From IMG/VR virus record IMGVR_UViG_3300037045_000081, positions 1 through 37,784 of that record: 37,784 bases of DNA, one strand, 5' to 3'. How positions within the stretch are numbered: the first letter of the stretch is position 1; each line of letters begins with the position of its first letter. Made by a program: the position numbers and the translations under genes. Origin of the DNA: a virus. Taxonomy: Duplodnaviria > Caudoviricetes. Shown here in pieces: positions 16,946-26,500 of this stretch. The notes beneath the pieces were generated by a model. That model had not been told where the DNA came from and did no database searches. It saw only the letters and a list, made by a program, of their open reading frames with translations.

Positions 16946-18036
16946 GCGCAAGCCCTGTCGATATCCTATACGACGCCGAAACGGAGATTCTCACCACTAT
17001 TGCCCGACACCTACGCGCAGGGAATACCGCATCGGCAGACTACAAGATCGACAGGCTAAAAAAGCTGGGGATCCTCAACAAAGAGGCCGCCGCCATCTTA
17101 CAGCGATACAAGGCGTCAATTCAGGCAGGGACCGCCGGCGCCGTGGAACAGGCCGCCATGGACGCGCTGATCAAAGGGGAAGCCACCTTCGCCCGCGCAG
17201 CCAAGGCCGGGGCTACCATGCGCGACGTCCTCCCCCTCGAGGCGGATCCGGCTATCCGGGACACCATCGACGCATGGACCAGCACCGCGAAGACCCAGGC
17301 GAACCTGGCCATGGCAACCATGCTGGAGAAGACCGGGGAAGTATACGTTGACATATTAAACCGCGTAACCGCCCAGGTCGTAACCGGAGCAGCCGGCGGG
17401 CAAGAGGCCCTAGCATCGGCGGTCAGGGAATGGGCAGGGAAGGGAATCCCGAGCATCATAGATAAGGCCGGCCGCCAATGGTCAACGGAAGCCTACGCGA
17501 ACATGGTAATCCGGACCAACACCCGCAGGGTCACGACGGAAGCCACATTCAAGCGGGCCGAGGAATACGGGGCCGACCTGGTCGAGGTTTCTTCACACGC
17601 CGGAGCCCGCCCAGGATGCGCCCCATACCAGGGGAAAATCTATTCGATATCCGGGAAATCCGACAAATACCCGCCCCTGTCATCGACCAGCTACGGGGAG
17701 CCTGACGGATTATTCGGGATAAATTGTAGTCATGTATCTTATCCTTTTTTTGAGGGGATTTCCCGGCAAACCTACGCACCCACGGAAAACGCAGAAAAGA
17801 ACGCCGAGCAGTATCAAGAGAGCCAAAGACAGCGCCTCCTTGAGCGATCGATCCGGGCAGCCAAGCGGGAAGTTTCCACCCTGCAGGCCCTCGGGGACCT
17901 GGGGAAGGGAGAACTAGCCAGGGCCCAGCGAACCCTAGCCGACAGACAAGGCGCAATGCGGGAATTCATCAAGGACACCGGCCGGACCAGGCAGCGAAAC
18001 CGGGAACGAGTATACGACACCACACCAAACAAATGA
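16942..18036 (+). CDS. Minor capsid protein (Phage_min_cap2-like)
   Basis: DKAGRQW..EAY, VSSHAGARPGCAPYQGK, GLFGINCSH, QRLLERSIR, RQRNRE. Confidence 0.9.
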   Translation: MSASPVDILYDAETEILTTIARHLRAGNTASADYKIDRLKKLGILNKEAAAILQRYKASIQAGTAGAVEQAAMDALIKGEATFARAAKAGATMRDVLPLEADPAIRDTIDAWTSTAKTQANLAMATMLEKTGEVYVDILNRVTAQVVTGAAGGQEALASAVREWAGKGIPSIIDKAGRQWSTEAYANMVIRTNTRRVTTEATFKRAEEYGADLVEVSSHAGARPGCAPYQGKIYSISGKSDKYPPLSSTSYGEPDGLFGINCSHVSYPFFEGISRQTYAPTENAEKNAEQYQESQRQRLLERSIRAAKREVSTLQALGDLGKGELARAQRTLADRQGAMREFIKDTGRTRQRNRERVYDTTPNK

Positions 18037-18048
18037 GGAGGATAAGGA

Positions 18049-18648
18049 ATGAGCATTGAGAAGCGGATTTTTTTCGACGCGGACACCGGGACGGGAGGAG
18101 TCAGCCAGGCCCCCGCTACCACCGAAGGGGACACGGGCAAGGCCGCCGCCACCACACCCCCAAAGACCTACACCGAGGAGGAGGTCAACGGGCTTTTAGC
18201 GCGGAAGCAATCGGAGCAAGTTGACCGGATGCTAAAGGACCTGGGGATCGAATCGAGCGGAACCCTGAAAGAGAGGATCGCGGCCCTCAAGAAGTACGAG
18301 GACGAACATAAAACCGAGATCCAGAAGGAAAAAGAGGCCCGCACCGCAGCGGAAACCAGGCTACAGGAAGCACAGACCCGCGCCGACAAGGCCGAAGCCA
18401 AGGCCGAAGCCCTAGCCGTCGGCGTTCCCGCAGCCAAGGCGGAGCGTTTCGTTAAAATCGCCATGACCTACGAGGGGGAGACCGTAGCCGAAAAGGTAGC
18501 CGCAGCTATAAAAGACAACCCCGAATTTAGGGGAGAAACAGCCCCCGAGATCCCGAATGCCAACACGAAGGTCAAAAGCCAGGGGAGCCCCGAGGCCGAC
18601 AAAGTACGGGCAGCATTCAACGCAGCCCTAGGATTGAAGACCCCCTAA
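18049..18648 (+). CDS. Capsid scaffolding protein
   Basis: FFDAD N-terminus, KTYTEEEVN, coiled coil; upstream of the capsid gene. Confidence 0.85.
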   Translation: MSIEKRIFFDADTGTGGVSQAPATTEGDTGKAAATTPPKTYTEEEVNGLLARKQSEQVDRMLKDLGIESSGTLKERIAALKKYEDEHKTEIQKEKEARTAAETRLQEAQTRADKAEAKAEALAVGVPAAKAERFVKIAMTYEGETVAEKVAAAIKDNPEFRGETAPEIPNANTKVKSQGSPEADKVRAAFNAALGLKTP

Positions 18649-18665
18649 TTTTTTTTAACGGTTAA

Positions 18666-18709
18666 GACGTCAAAATGACATTGCGAAGACGTCAAAACCG
18701 GGCTATATT
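18666..18709 (+). promoter_or_regulatory. Capsid-operon promoter with GACGTCA boxes
   Basis: TTGCGA(18681-86)-17 bp-TATATT(18704-09); boxes at 18666, 18677 (degenerate) and 18688. Confidence 0.75.
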
Positions 18710-18715
18710 CAGAAG

Positions 18716-18909
18716 CGAAACAAGCGGAAACCACCACCGCTACCTTGCCGGAGGTTAAAACCGGGAGAGCTTGCCGGAGCGTAAAAAAACCGGGGGAGCC
18801 CTTGGTCGTTTACCAAGACATCCGGCCGCCGTATGGCGGACGAGACTATTGATAGGGCCGACCAATACCCCTGGTTTTTTTATTTACAGGCCCGAAGGCA
18901 GCACAACAC
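18716..18909 (+). ncRNA. Structured 5' leader of the capsid gene
   Basis: Two CTTGCCGGAG..TAAAA(n)CCGGG hairpins (18744-65, 18770-94); hairpins 18801-17 and 18826-39; alternative stem 18783-96/18868-81. Confidence 0.55.
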
Positions 18910-20091
18910 ATGGCAACCGCGAACGTATTGACCTACGCGGAGATTTTCCAATCCAGCCTTGACCAGCAATTCCTCGAGGTATCCACCACCGCATGGATGG
19001 AGGCGAACGCTTCCCGCGTCCGCTACAACGGGGGAAATAAGGTCCAGATTCCCAAGGTATCCGTTGAGGGCCTGGGAAATTATTCGAGATCCAGCGGCTT
19101 TCCCGACGGAGCCGCTACCCTTTCCTGGGAGGAACGCACACTCACCCAGGACCGTGGAAAGGAATTCAATCTTGACGCCCAGGACTACGACGAAACCAAT
19201 TTCGTCCTTGGAGCCGGAACCATCCTGGGAGAATTCCAACGGCTGAAGGTAGTACCCGAGGTCGACGCGTACCGATATTCCAAGATTTTCCAGCTTGCCA
19301 ATCAGCAGCTGAAAACCGCGTCCTACACCCCCGCCACCGGAACCATTTTCGCGCAGCTGAAGAACGATATCAAAACGATCCAGGACGTAATCGGAGAATC
19401 CGAGCCCCTGGTCATTGCCATATCCCACGCCGCCGCGAATATTCTGGACCAGTCCAGCGAGATCGAAAAGCACGTTTCCGTCGACGAATTCACCAATGGG
19501 GAATATAAGACCAAGGTTCGAGCCCTGGACGGGATTCCCATGTTCCGCGTTCCCAGCGCCCGCCTGAAATCCGACTTCACATTCAGCGCAACCAACGGAT
19601 TCACCCCCACCGCCGTGGCCATGGGGATAAACTGGATCATTGCAGCCAGGAGCGCCCTGATCGCGGTCGTGAAGACGGACAAGATCCGGATTTTCGACCC
19701 CGCCGCGAATCAGGATATGGACGCATGGAAAATCCAATATCGCAAGTACCATGACCTGTGGATCATGGACAACGCATTCGAAACGATCGTCGTTTCCTAT
19801 ACCGCGATCGAGGCGCCAGCCCTTACCGCGACCGTCGCCAAGGGAGCCGTCGCCGGAACCAAATTCACCGCCACCGCAGGAACCGGAAACAGCCTGGCTT
19901 ACAAGCTGACTGCCGGAGATGTAGCGGCGCCCAAATTTAACGATGTACCGACCGGCCTCACCGCATACACGTCCGGGGCCGACATTGCGACCGCAGTCGC
20001 AACCAACCGCCTGCATATGTACGTCCTCGACGCGACCGGCCACGTATTGAAATACGCCGTCGCAACCCTGACTTCGGGCGAAATAGTGTAA
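18910..20091 (+). CDS. Major capsid protein with C-terminal Ig-like extension
   Basis: YNGGNKVQIPK, LTQDRG.EF.LD..D.DETN, VVPEVDAYRYSK, YRKYHDLWI. Confidence 0.92.
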   Translation: MATANVLTYAEIFQSSLDQQFLEVSTTAWMEANASRVRYNGGNKVQIPKVSVEGLGNYSRSSGFPDGAATLSWEERTLTQDRGKEFNLDAQDYDETNFVLGAGTILGEFQRLKVVPEVDAYRYSKIFQLANQQLKTASYTPATGTIFAQLKNDIKTIQDVIGESEPLVIAISHAAANILDQSSEIEKHVSVDEFTNGEYKTKVRALDGIPMFRVPSARLKSDFTFSATNGFTPTAVAMGINWIIAARSALIAVVKTDKIRIFDPAANQDMDAWKIQYRKYHDLWIMDNAFETIVVSYTAIEAPALTATVAKGAVAGTKFTATAGTGNSLAYKLTAGDVAAPKFNDVPTGLTAYTSGADIATAVATNRLHMYVLDATGHVLKYAVATLTSGEIV

Positions 20092-20097
20092 TAAGCC

Positions 20098-20128
20098 AAT
20101 CCCAGGGCTAACCCCCCTGGGATTTATT
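20098..20128 (+). terminator. Hairpin terminator after the capsid gene
   Basis: AATCCCAGGG-CTAACCC-CCCTGGGATT followed by TATT. Confidence 0.6.
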
Positions 20129-20151
20129 CCAGCTAAAGGAGTGCCCAGCAA

Positions 20152-20334
20152 ATGGCCTATAAATTAACGAAAGGCAGCATTTCAGTGATCCGTAAAGACG
20201 CCGCAGGCATAAAGCAGGCGGAAGCGGCCGGATTCATTCTTGACGGGGAATGCGATGACGAAGGGACCCTGCTACCACCAAGACCCGTAGACGGACAGCC
20301 CCCAGCCCCCAGAAAAGGCAAGGCGAAGGCATAA
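20152..20334 (+). CDS. Small head-associated protein
   Basis: AAGGAG RBS; position after the capsid gene. Confidence 0.65.
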   Translation: MAYKLTKGSISVIRKDAAGIKQAEAAGFILDGECDDEGTLLPPRPVDGQPPAPRKGKAKA

Positions 20335-20739
20335 ATGGCGCACATAACCGCAGCGTTTTACAACGACGAATATTTTGGAGCCCCCGCAGAGGACCAATTC
20401 CCCAGGTACGCCGCTCGAGCAAGCGATGACATCGACATCACCGCAGGGGAACCCCTAAATATCGACGCGTTGCCGGAATCGCAGCGGATCCTCGTCAAAA
20501 AAGCCACAGCCGCGCAAGTTGAATGGTACGTCCAGAACGGAGACACCTACAACGAACCCCAGGGAGGCGGAGAATCAATCGGCAGCTATAGCCGAAGCGG
20601 ATTAGCAGGAGGACACTCATCTCCTTCACCGGCGGCACTTTCCCCCAGGGCGAGAGCCTACCTTGACCAATCCGGGCTTATGTATCGAGCGGTCAGGATC
20701 CTCGGGGCTTATGGCTACACGCGAGAGGATGACGAATGA
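20335..20739 (+). CDS. Head-tail adaptor
   Basis: RASDDID..VKKATAAQVEW..SIGSYS..YL..SGLMYR. Confidence 0.85.
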   Translation: MAHITAAFYNDEYFGAPAEDQFPRYAARASDDIDITAGEPLNIDALPESQRILVKKATAAQVEWYVQNGDTYNEPQGGGESIGSYSRSGLAGGHSSPSPAALSPRARAYLDQSGLMYRAVRILGAYGYTREDDE

Positions 20740-21071
20740 GCGCCCCGATCCCCCGCCGCCTCTTGCCCCATTCCGTGACCATTGACCGCTACGCTGGGAA
20801 CACGAAGGCCGGGCCATCCTACGGAGCCCAGGAAGATTTATATTTCGTCCGCGTTGAGCCCGTAAGGCATAACGCCCTATCGAGCATCGGGGACGCGAAA
20901 AATGACCGATTCCTGGTTTACATCGACGCCAAAAACAGCCAGCCGGAGGGATTTATCCCAGGGATTAAAGACCGGGTCACATTCCAGGGCCAGACCATGA
21001 CCGTGAGAACCATATCGGAATTCACGGGATCCGGCGGAGAGATCCACCACTACGAGGTCCGCCTTGTTTAA
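20736..21071 (+). CDS. Head closure protein (Minor_capsid_1-like)
   Basis: PIPRRLLPHSVT..VRVEP..HHYEVRLV. Confidence 0.85.
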   Translation: MSAPIPRRLLPHSVTIDRYAGNTKAGPSYGAQEDLYFVRVEPVRHNALSSIGDAKNDRFLVYIDAKNSQPEGFIPGIKDRVTFQGQTMTVRTISEFTGSGGEIHHYEVRLV

Positions 21072-21411
21072 CGCATCGTTCGAATTCGACACCAACAAGG
21101 CCCTACAGCTACGGGAAGCGGCCATCGGGAGAGCCCAGGCCGCCCTCGACGTCCAGGTAATCAAGGATTCGAATTTTTATTGCCCCCAGGCCGAGGGGAC
21201 CCTGCAGGCGTCAGCCCTCACCACATCAGAGATTGGGAAAGGCCGGGTCCTATGGGCTACCCCCTACGCCCGCCGGCAGTATTACGAGGCGCCAAACAAG
21301 AGCAAGGACAAGAACCCCAACGCACGGATGAAGTGGTTCGAGGAAGCGAAGGCCAGACAGCGCGAAAACTGGCTATCCATAGCCCGAAGGGAGGCGGGAT
21401 CCCATGCCTGA
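21064..21411 (+). CDS. Neck / tail-completion protein (Minor_capsid_2-like)
   Basis: DSNFYCP..GTL..TPYARRQYY..WFEEAK. Confidence 0.85.
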   Translation: MFNASFEFDTNKALQLREAAIGRAQAALDVQVIKDSNFYCPQAEGTLQASALTTSEIGKGRVLWATPYARRQYYEAPNKSKDKNPNARMKWFEEAKARQRENWLSIARREAGSHA

Positions 21412-21832
21412 CATCATGCAAGGATTGAACGCATACACCCTCAAAGCCCTAGAGAGAGCCGCGCAGGCAGACCCGGAGATCATAGCGCCGGCGGCCATCC
21501 ATGAAGATTTTTTCCCAGCGGACGACGAGCAAGAGGTTATTTGCCGACACGACCCAAGCCCCGTAATCGTCCGCCGCTACCTGACCGGGAGCTACTGGGC
21601 AGAATTTAACTTTTCCTACTATGCCCGGTCCAAGAACCCAGAGGCGGCCCGTAAGACCTTGGCCGCCATCGTCGACGCATTAAACCTTGACGTTTTTTCG
21701 GACCTATTCGAAATCGCAGAGGGCCGACTAAACGCGGTCACGCGGCCGTTACCCGTAGGGGAGGACGAAGCCGGCGTGATGACCTATACCAGCACATTTA
21801 GGCTGGTTTATTTCCAGGAGGACACGCCATGA
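21404..21832 (+). CDS. Tail terminator-like protein
   Basis: Size and position before the major tail gene. Confidence 0.7.
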   Translation: MPDIMQGLNAYTLKALERAAQADPEIIAPAAIHEDFFPADDEQEVICRHDPSPVIVRRYLTGSYWAEFNFSYYARSKNPEAARKTLAAIVDALNLDVFSDLFEIAEGRLNAVTRPLPVGEDEAGVMTYTSTFRLVYFQEDTP

Positions 21833-22545
21833 GCGCACCCTTGAACTTCCAGACCCTTTTTGAGCTGGATACAACCCCCGAAGGCGCCAGCCGGACCTGG
21901 GCCAGACTAGGCGATGGACTTGTCTCCGCCGCCCCCGCCACCAACGAGAAATTGGACCAGAAAGCCTATCTCGACGACGACGGAGGCCAGACCAGCGAAG
22001 TGACTGGATTCCAGCTGGTCTACAGCTTCTCCGGCGACAGGATCCCCGGAAACACCGCCCAGGATTTCATTTTCTCCAAGGTATTCGACCTGGGAGCGGC
22101 CCGGCATACCAATTTCCGGGCCACCGGCGCGGACGGAACCGTGATCCTTGGGGAAGCCACGATCGCAAACATCCAGCTGCCCGGAGGCGACTCCAACAGC
22201 CCCGCCGCGTGCGGTTTCGAGATCCACCTGAACGGGAAGCCCGGAAAGACCGACCCCGTCGCCGCCCCCGCGTTGACCTCGGTAGTCGCAGCCGGCGCCG
22301 TGATCGGGAATACCAAATTCACGGCCACCCCCGGATCCGGGAACGTACTCAAATACCGGCTGACCACCGCCGCCCAGGTCGTGAAGGATCGCCAATACGT
22401 TACCCAGGCCACCGCCTACACCAGCGGGAACGATATTCCCGCCGTGGCGGGCCAGTACCTCGGAATGTACGAACTCGACGCCTACAACCACGTCGTGAAA
22501 TTCGCTTCCGTCCAGCTGCAGGCCGGCGACATCAAAGCCGCGTAA
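21829..22545 (+). CDS. Major tail (tube) protein with C-terminal Ig-like extension
   Basis: WARLGDG..NEK..YLD..G..EVTG..FSGDR..AQDFI..LNGKP. Confidence 0.88.
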   Translation: MSAPLNFQTLFELDTTPEGASRTWARLGDGLVSAAPATNEKLDQKAYLDDDGGQTSEVTGFQLVYSFSGDRIPGNTAQDFIFSKVFDLGAARHTNFRATGADGTVILGEATIANIQLPGGDSNSPAACGFEIHLNGKPGKTDPVAAPALTSVVAAGAVIGNTKFTATPGSGNVLKYRLTTAAQVVKDRQYVTQATAYTSGNDIPAVAGQYLGMYELDAYNHVVKFASVQLQAGDIKAA

Positions 22546-22550
22546 TGACC

Positions 22551-22582
22551 AGGGGCGGGGCTAACCCCCCGCCCTTTTCTTA
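22551..22582 (+). terminator. Rho-independent terminator
   Basis: GGGCGGGG-CTAAC-CCCCGCCC-type stem followed by TTTTCTT. Confidence 0.7.
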
Positions 22583-22607
22583 TCACTAAACCCAGGGAGG
22601 GGATCCG

Positions 22608-23012
22608 TTGAAAACATTCGCATTCAAGCCAAAACAGCACATTCACAGCGTCAATATTTGCGGGAAGGTTTACGAATTTAATTGCAGCCCATCGAATTGG
22701 GACTACATAAAGCGCGTTTCCGACCTTTCCAGAGAGGTCCAGAAGTACGCCGAGGAATTCAACGCGCTGCCCAAAGACACCCTATTTGACATCGAAAAAG
22801 CGTTCGATTTCCTGAAGGACAAGGAAAAGGCCGTGATTGAAGCGGTCCTGCCGGGGAAATTCGACGAGCTATTCGAAGCCAGCGGCCACGACATCCTAGA
22901 AATGGTCGACCTGATCGCTTTTATCACGGATGAGATAAAGAGCGCAGGCGCCCAGGCTAAGAAAGAAGCGGTCCAGCCCGTAGCGGCCCCCGCAGATGCC
23001 CAAGCGGTTTAA
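22608..23012 (+). CDS. Tail assembly chaperone
   Basis: GGAGG RBS; TTG start; position after the tail tube gene. Confidence 0.75.
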   Translation: MKTFAFKPKQHIHSVNICGKVYEFNCSPSNWDYIKRVSDLSREVQKYAEEFNALPKDTLFDIEKAFDFLKDKEKAVIEAVLPGKFDELFEASGHDILEMVDLIAFITDEIKSAGAQAKKEAVQPVAAPADAQAV

Positions 23013-23583
23013 TCCGCTCATCGACCGGCCCCCCGAGACCGTAGAGGTCAACGGCAGGGAATACCGGATCGAGGCGGACTATCGGACGGTCCTCGCGTAT
23101 CAGCGCCTTCTCCAGGACCCCGAGACGGACGACCAGGACAAGGCCGTCCTGGGCCTTTCCTTATTTTTCGGGGACCAGATCCGCCGCGAGGACGTCCAGG
23201 ACCTTTTAGCCTATTCGCAATATTTCATCAATCGAGGCCAGGAGCCCCAGGACGACGACCGGGACGCGCCAAAGCGTGAAAAAACGTTCGACATCCTCGA
23301 GGACTCCGGGAGAATATTCGCCGCGTTTTTACAGGTTTACGGGATCAATCTACGGAAAGCCAAAATCCATTGGTGGATTTTTTGGGACCTCCTCGAGGGA
23401 CTACCCACGGAAGGGACCAAGCTATCCGCAGTATTGGAGATCCGAGGCCGCCAATTCAGAACGGATATGACCCCGGCGGAGCGGAATAGCCTAGCCAGGC
23501 TCAAGGAATACTACAAAATCGGAGACGACGCCCCCGACGTAATGACCGGGCTTTTTAACAGCCTTTTAGGGATAAGCCAATGA
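22996..23583 (+). CDS. Gp15-like tail assembly protein (A118 type)
   Basis: YRIEADYRTVL, D..RIFAAFLQVYGINL, HWW.F..LLEGLP, VLEIR. Confidence 0.88.
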   Translation: MPKRFNPLIDRPPETVEVNGREYRIEADYRTVLAYQRLLQDPETDDQDKAVLGLSLFFGDQIRREDVQDLLAYSQYFINRGQEPQDDDRDAPKREKTFDILEDSGRIFAAFLQVYGINLRKAKIHWWIFWDLLEGLPTEGTKLSAVLEIRGRQFRTDMTPAERNSLARLKEYYKIGDDAPDVMTGLFNSLLGISQ

Positions 23584-26500
23584 CCCAAGGATATGACGGG
23601 ACCCTCCGTTTCGATACCAAAATCGACGACCGCGACCTAAAGCCAGGGCTCGACAAGGTAAAAAGCAACCTACAGACCGCAGCCCAAAAGATGCGCGACA
23701 TCATGCAAGGCCCCGTCGCCGTATTCCAGACGGTCACGAGGGCCGTCGGGGCTTTATCGGCTAAGGTAGCAGCCATCGAATCGGAATGGGCTTACAGCGA
23801 GCAAACCGTCGCAATCCTAAATTCCACCCTTCGCGCAACCGGGGCCACATCCTGGACAACGAGCAAAGCAATCCAGGAAATGGCGTCGAAATTCCAAGCC
23901 TTGACCGGATATTCCAGCGACACGGTCCTGGCCATGCAGAACGTCCTCCTCGGATTCAAAAATATAAAAGGGGACAATTTCGAGGCCGCAAGCCTCCAGA
24001 TTATAAACATGGCCAAGGTCATGAAAATGGACCTTGCAAGCGCAGCGCAGGCCGTAGGAAAGGCGCTTGACGATCCTATAGCCGGGATCGATTCCCTTTC
24101 CCGCCAAGGTTTCCGTTGGACAGAGCAAGAAAAGGCCATGCTCAAGGCCATGGTCGAGACCGGGAAGACCGCCGAAGCCCAAAAGATCATAATTGACGCC
24201 CTGGCTACCACCTTTGGAGGAGCAGCCGAGGCCGCGAATAATACCGCGTCGGCCATGAAAGACCGGCTAAACGTTTCCCAGGGAGAACTCAATAAACAAA
24301 TCGGGAAATTCATATCCGAGGCCCTAAAGCCCCTCCGAGCGGAATTGATCCAGTCAACAGACCGATTCACGGAGTGGTTTAAAACCCTAAACGAGAACGG
24401 GAACGCCGCCGAGATCCTCGAGGGAATCGCCATCGGCCTGGCAGCAGTAACCGGCGGAGTAATCGCATTCATGGCCGTGGCCAAAGGCCATGCCATAATT
24501 TCCGCCCTGGCCACCGCATTAAAGGCCGTAGGGGCCGCCATAACCGGAGCCAGCCCCATAGGATTGATCGCCGCAGCCATTACCATGGTCCTAATCCCGG
24601 CTATTATTTTCCTGATCAAAAATTGGGACGAAGTAGTCCTTGTTTTCAAGGAAACCATAGCCAAAATCGGGGCCTCGTTCGCCATACTAGGATCCGAGAT
24701 TGAAGAATCGTTCGTCGTAGGGTTTAACGGGGCCAAGATCGCCGTATTGAACCTTGCCCAGGCCGTAACCGGGCCCGTCCTCAAGGGGATTTCCAAGCTA
24801 TTAGAGGTCCTGGGGAAATTGCCGTTCGTCGGGAAAATGTTCAACGACGCGGCCGCATCCGTGAAGGATTTCAACAGCAACCTGCAGGGATCCATAGACA
24901 AGGCAAAGGCCGACTCCAACCAGGCCATAGCAACCGCCAAAACCAAACAAGACGCCATACAGGCCACGCAGAGAGCGCAGATCAAGGCGATTATGGACGA
25001 GGCCAAGGCCAGGAAGGCAGTCAGGGACGCAGCAGCCCAGGAGGCGAAGAACCTAAAAACCAGCGTTGACGGGCTAACCCTTGAGAGCGAGGACGCAGCG
25101 CCCGCCGGCGGCACAATCCCAGGGAAAAAGGATAAGGACAAGACCCCCGCAGACCGCCTAGCCGACCTTGACGCCGAATTTTCAGCCAAGATTGACCTGG
25201 CCAGGGTCCGAGGCGAGGATACTACAGCCATCGAGGCCGCATGGTACAAAAAGCGCCTAAATCTCCTTGAGGATTTCGTTATTGAGAGCAAGCAGAAGGG
25301 GATAGAGGTAGCCGAGAGCTTAAAGGCAAACCTGGGAGGAGTATACAAAACCATAGGCGCCGAGCTTGACGCCACCATGAAGAAACAGCTGCAAATGGCA
25401 GGCGCACCGGAAGGCGGAGCGGAATGGACGATCCTAAATTTCCTCCCCGAAGCAGCCGAAATAGCCGACAACGTCCGGGCGGAATTGGAGCGATACACCG
25501 CAGAGCTTGAGGCTAAGGCTAAGGAATTCGAGCTATCCCAGGCCATAGCCCATACGATCGTCGATTTCCTTCCCGAAGCCAACGAGCTATTAGCCAACAT
25601 CCAGGCCAATCTTGACCAGTACACGGCTGGCCTGCAGAAAAAGGCCGAAGCCTACGCCCTAGAGCAATCCGTAACCTTTTCCATCATGGAATTTTTACCG
25701 GAAGCGGAAGCCCTAGCCGGGACCATCAAGGCGGGCCTCGACGCCTACACCAAGGCCCTCGAGGAAAAAGCGGAGGCATTCGACCTGGCTGAATCCGTAA
25801 CCTTCGCAATTATCGATTTCCTTCCCGAAGCCCAGGCCATCGCGGATAACGTGAAGGCGGAGCTAGACAAATACACGGCCGAACTCCAGGCTAAGGCAGA
25901 CGCCTACCAGCTGACCGAGGCCGTGACCTTCGCAATCACCGATTTTTTGCCCGAAGCGGAAGCCATGGCAGCGAACATCGCCGCAGGGATCGCCGCCTAT
26001 ACCGCAGAGCTGCAGGCTAAAGCGGACAAGTACGCCCTCGAGCAGGCCGTTACCTTCGCAATTACCGACTTCCTCCCCGAAGCCCAAGCGATAATTGACA
26101 ACATCGACGCCGAGCTTGCCCGCTACACCGCCGAATTGACCGCGAAAGCAGAAGCCTACAATCTGACCCAGGTTGTCGCCGGATCCATTATGGATGCCAT
26201 GCCAGAGGCCGAAGCCCTCGCCGCATCGATACAGGCGGGACTTGAGCTATACCGCGAGGAGCTCACGAAAAAAGCGGAAGCCTATGACCTTGAGCAATCG
26301 GTCACATTCGCAATTACAGATTTTTTACCCGAGGCAGAGGCCATCAAGGCGAATATCGACGCGGAGCTTGAAAGGTATAAGGCCGAATTGATCGCCAAGG
26401 CGGAAGCCTACGCACTAACCCAGGTCGTCGCGGATTCTATTATGGACTTCCTCCCGGAAGCCCAGGCCCTTATGGACAATATCCAGACCGGCCTGGCTGC

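Noticed and set aside
22981-23012. Programmed frameshift joining the two tail chaperone genes
   Set aside because: The second gene is in the +1 frame with a stop 15 nt upstream of its ATG and no XXXYYYZ heptamer; a +1 slip at GCC-CCC-G cannot be supported from sequence alone
23792-25624. Long minus-strand ORFs (610 aa here; 423 aa at 18880-20151)
   Set aside because: Antisense shadows of the tape measure and capsid genes caused by codon bias; no RBS or protein-like features
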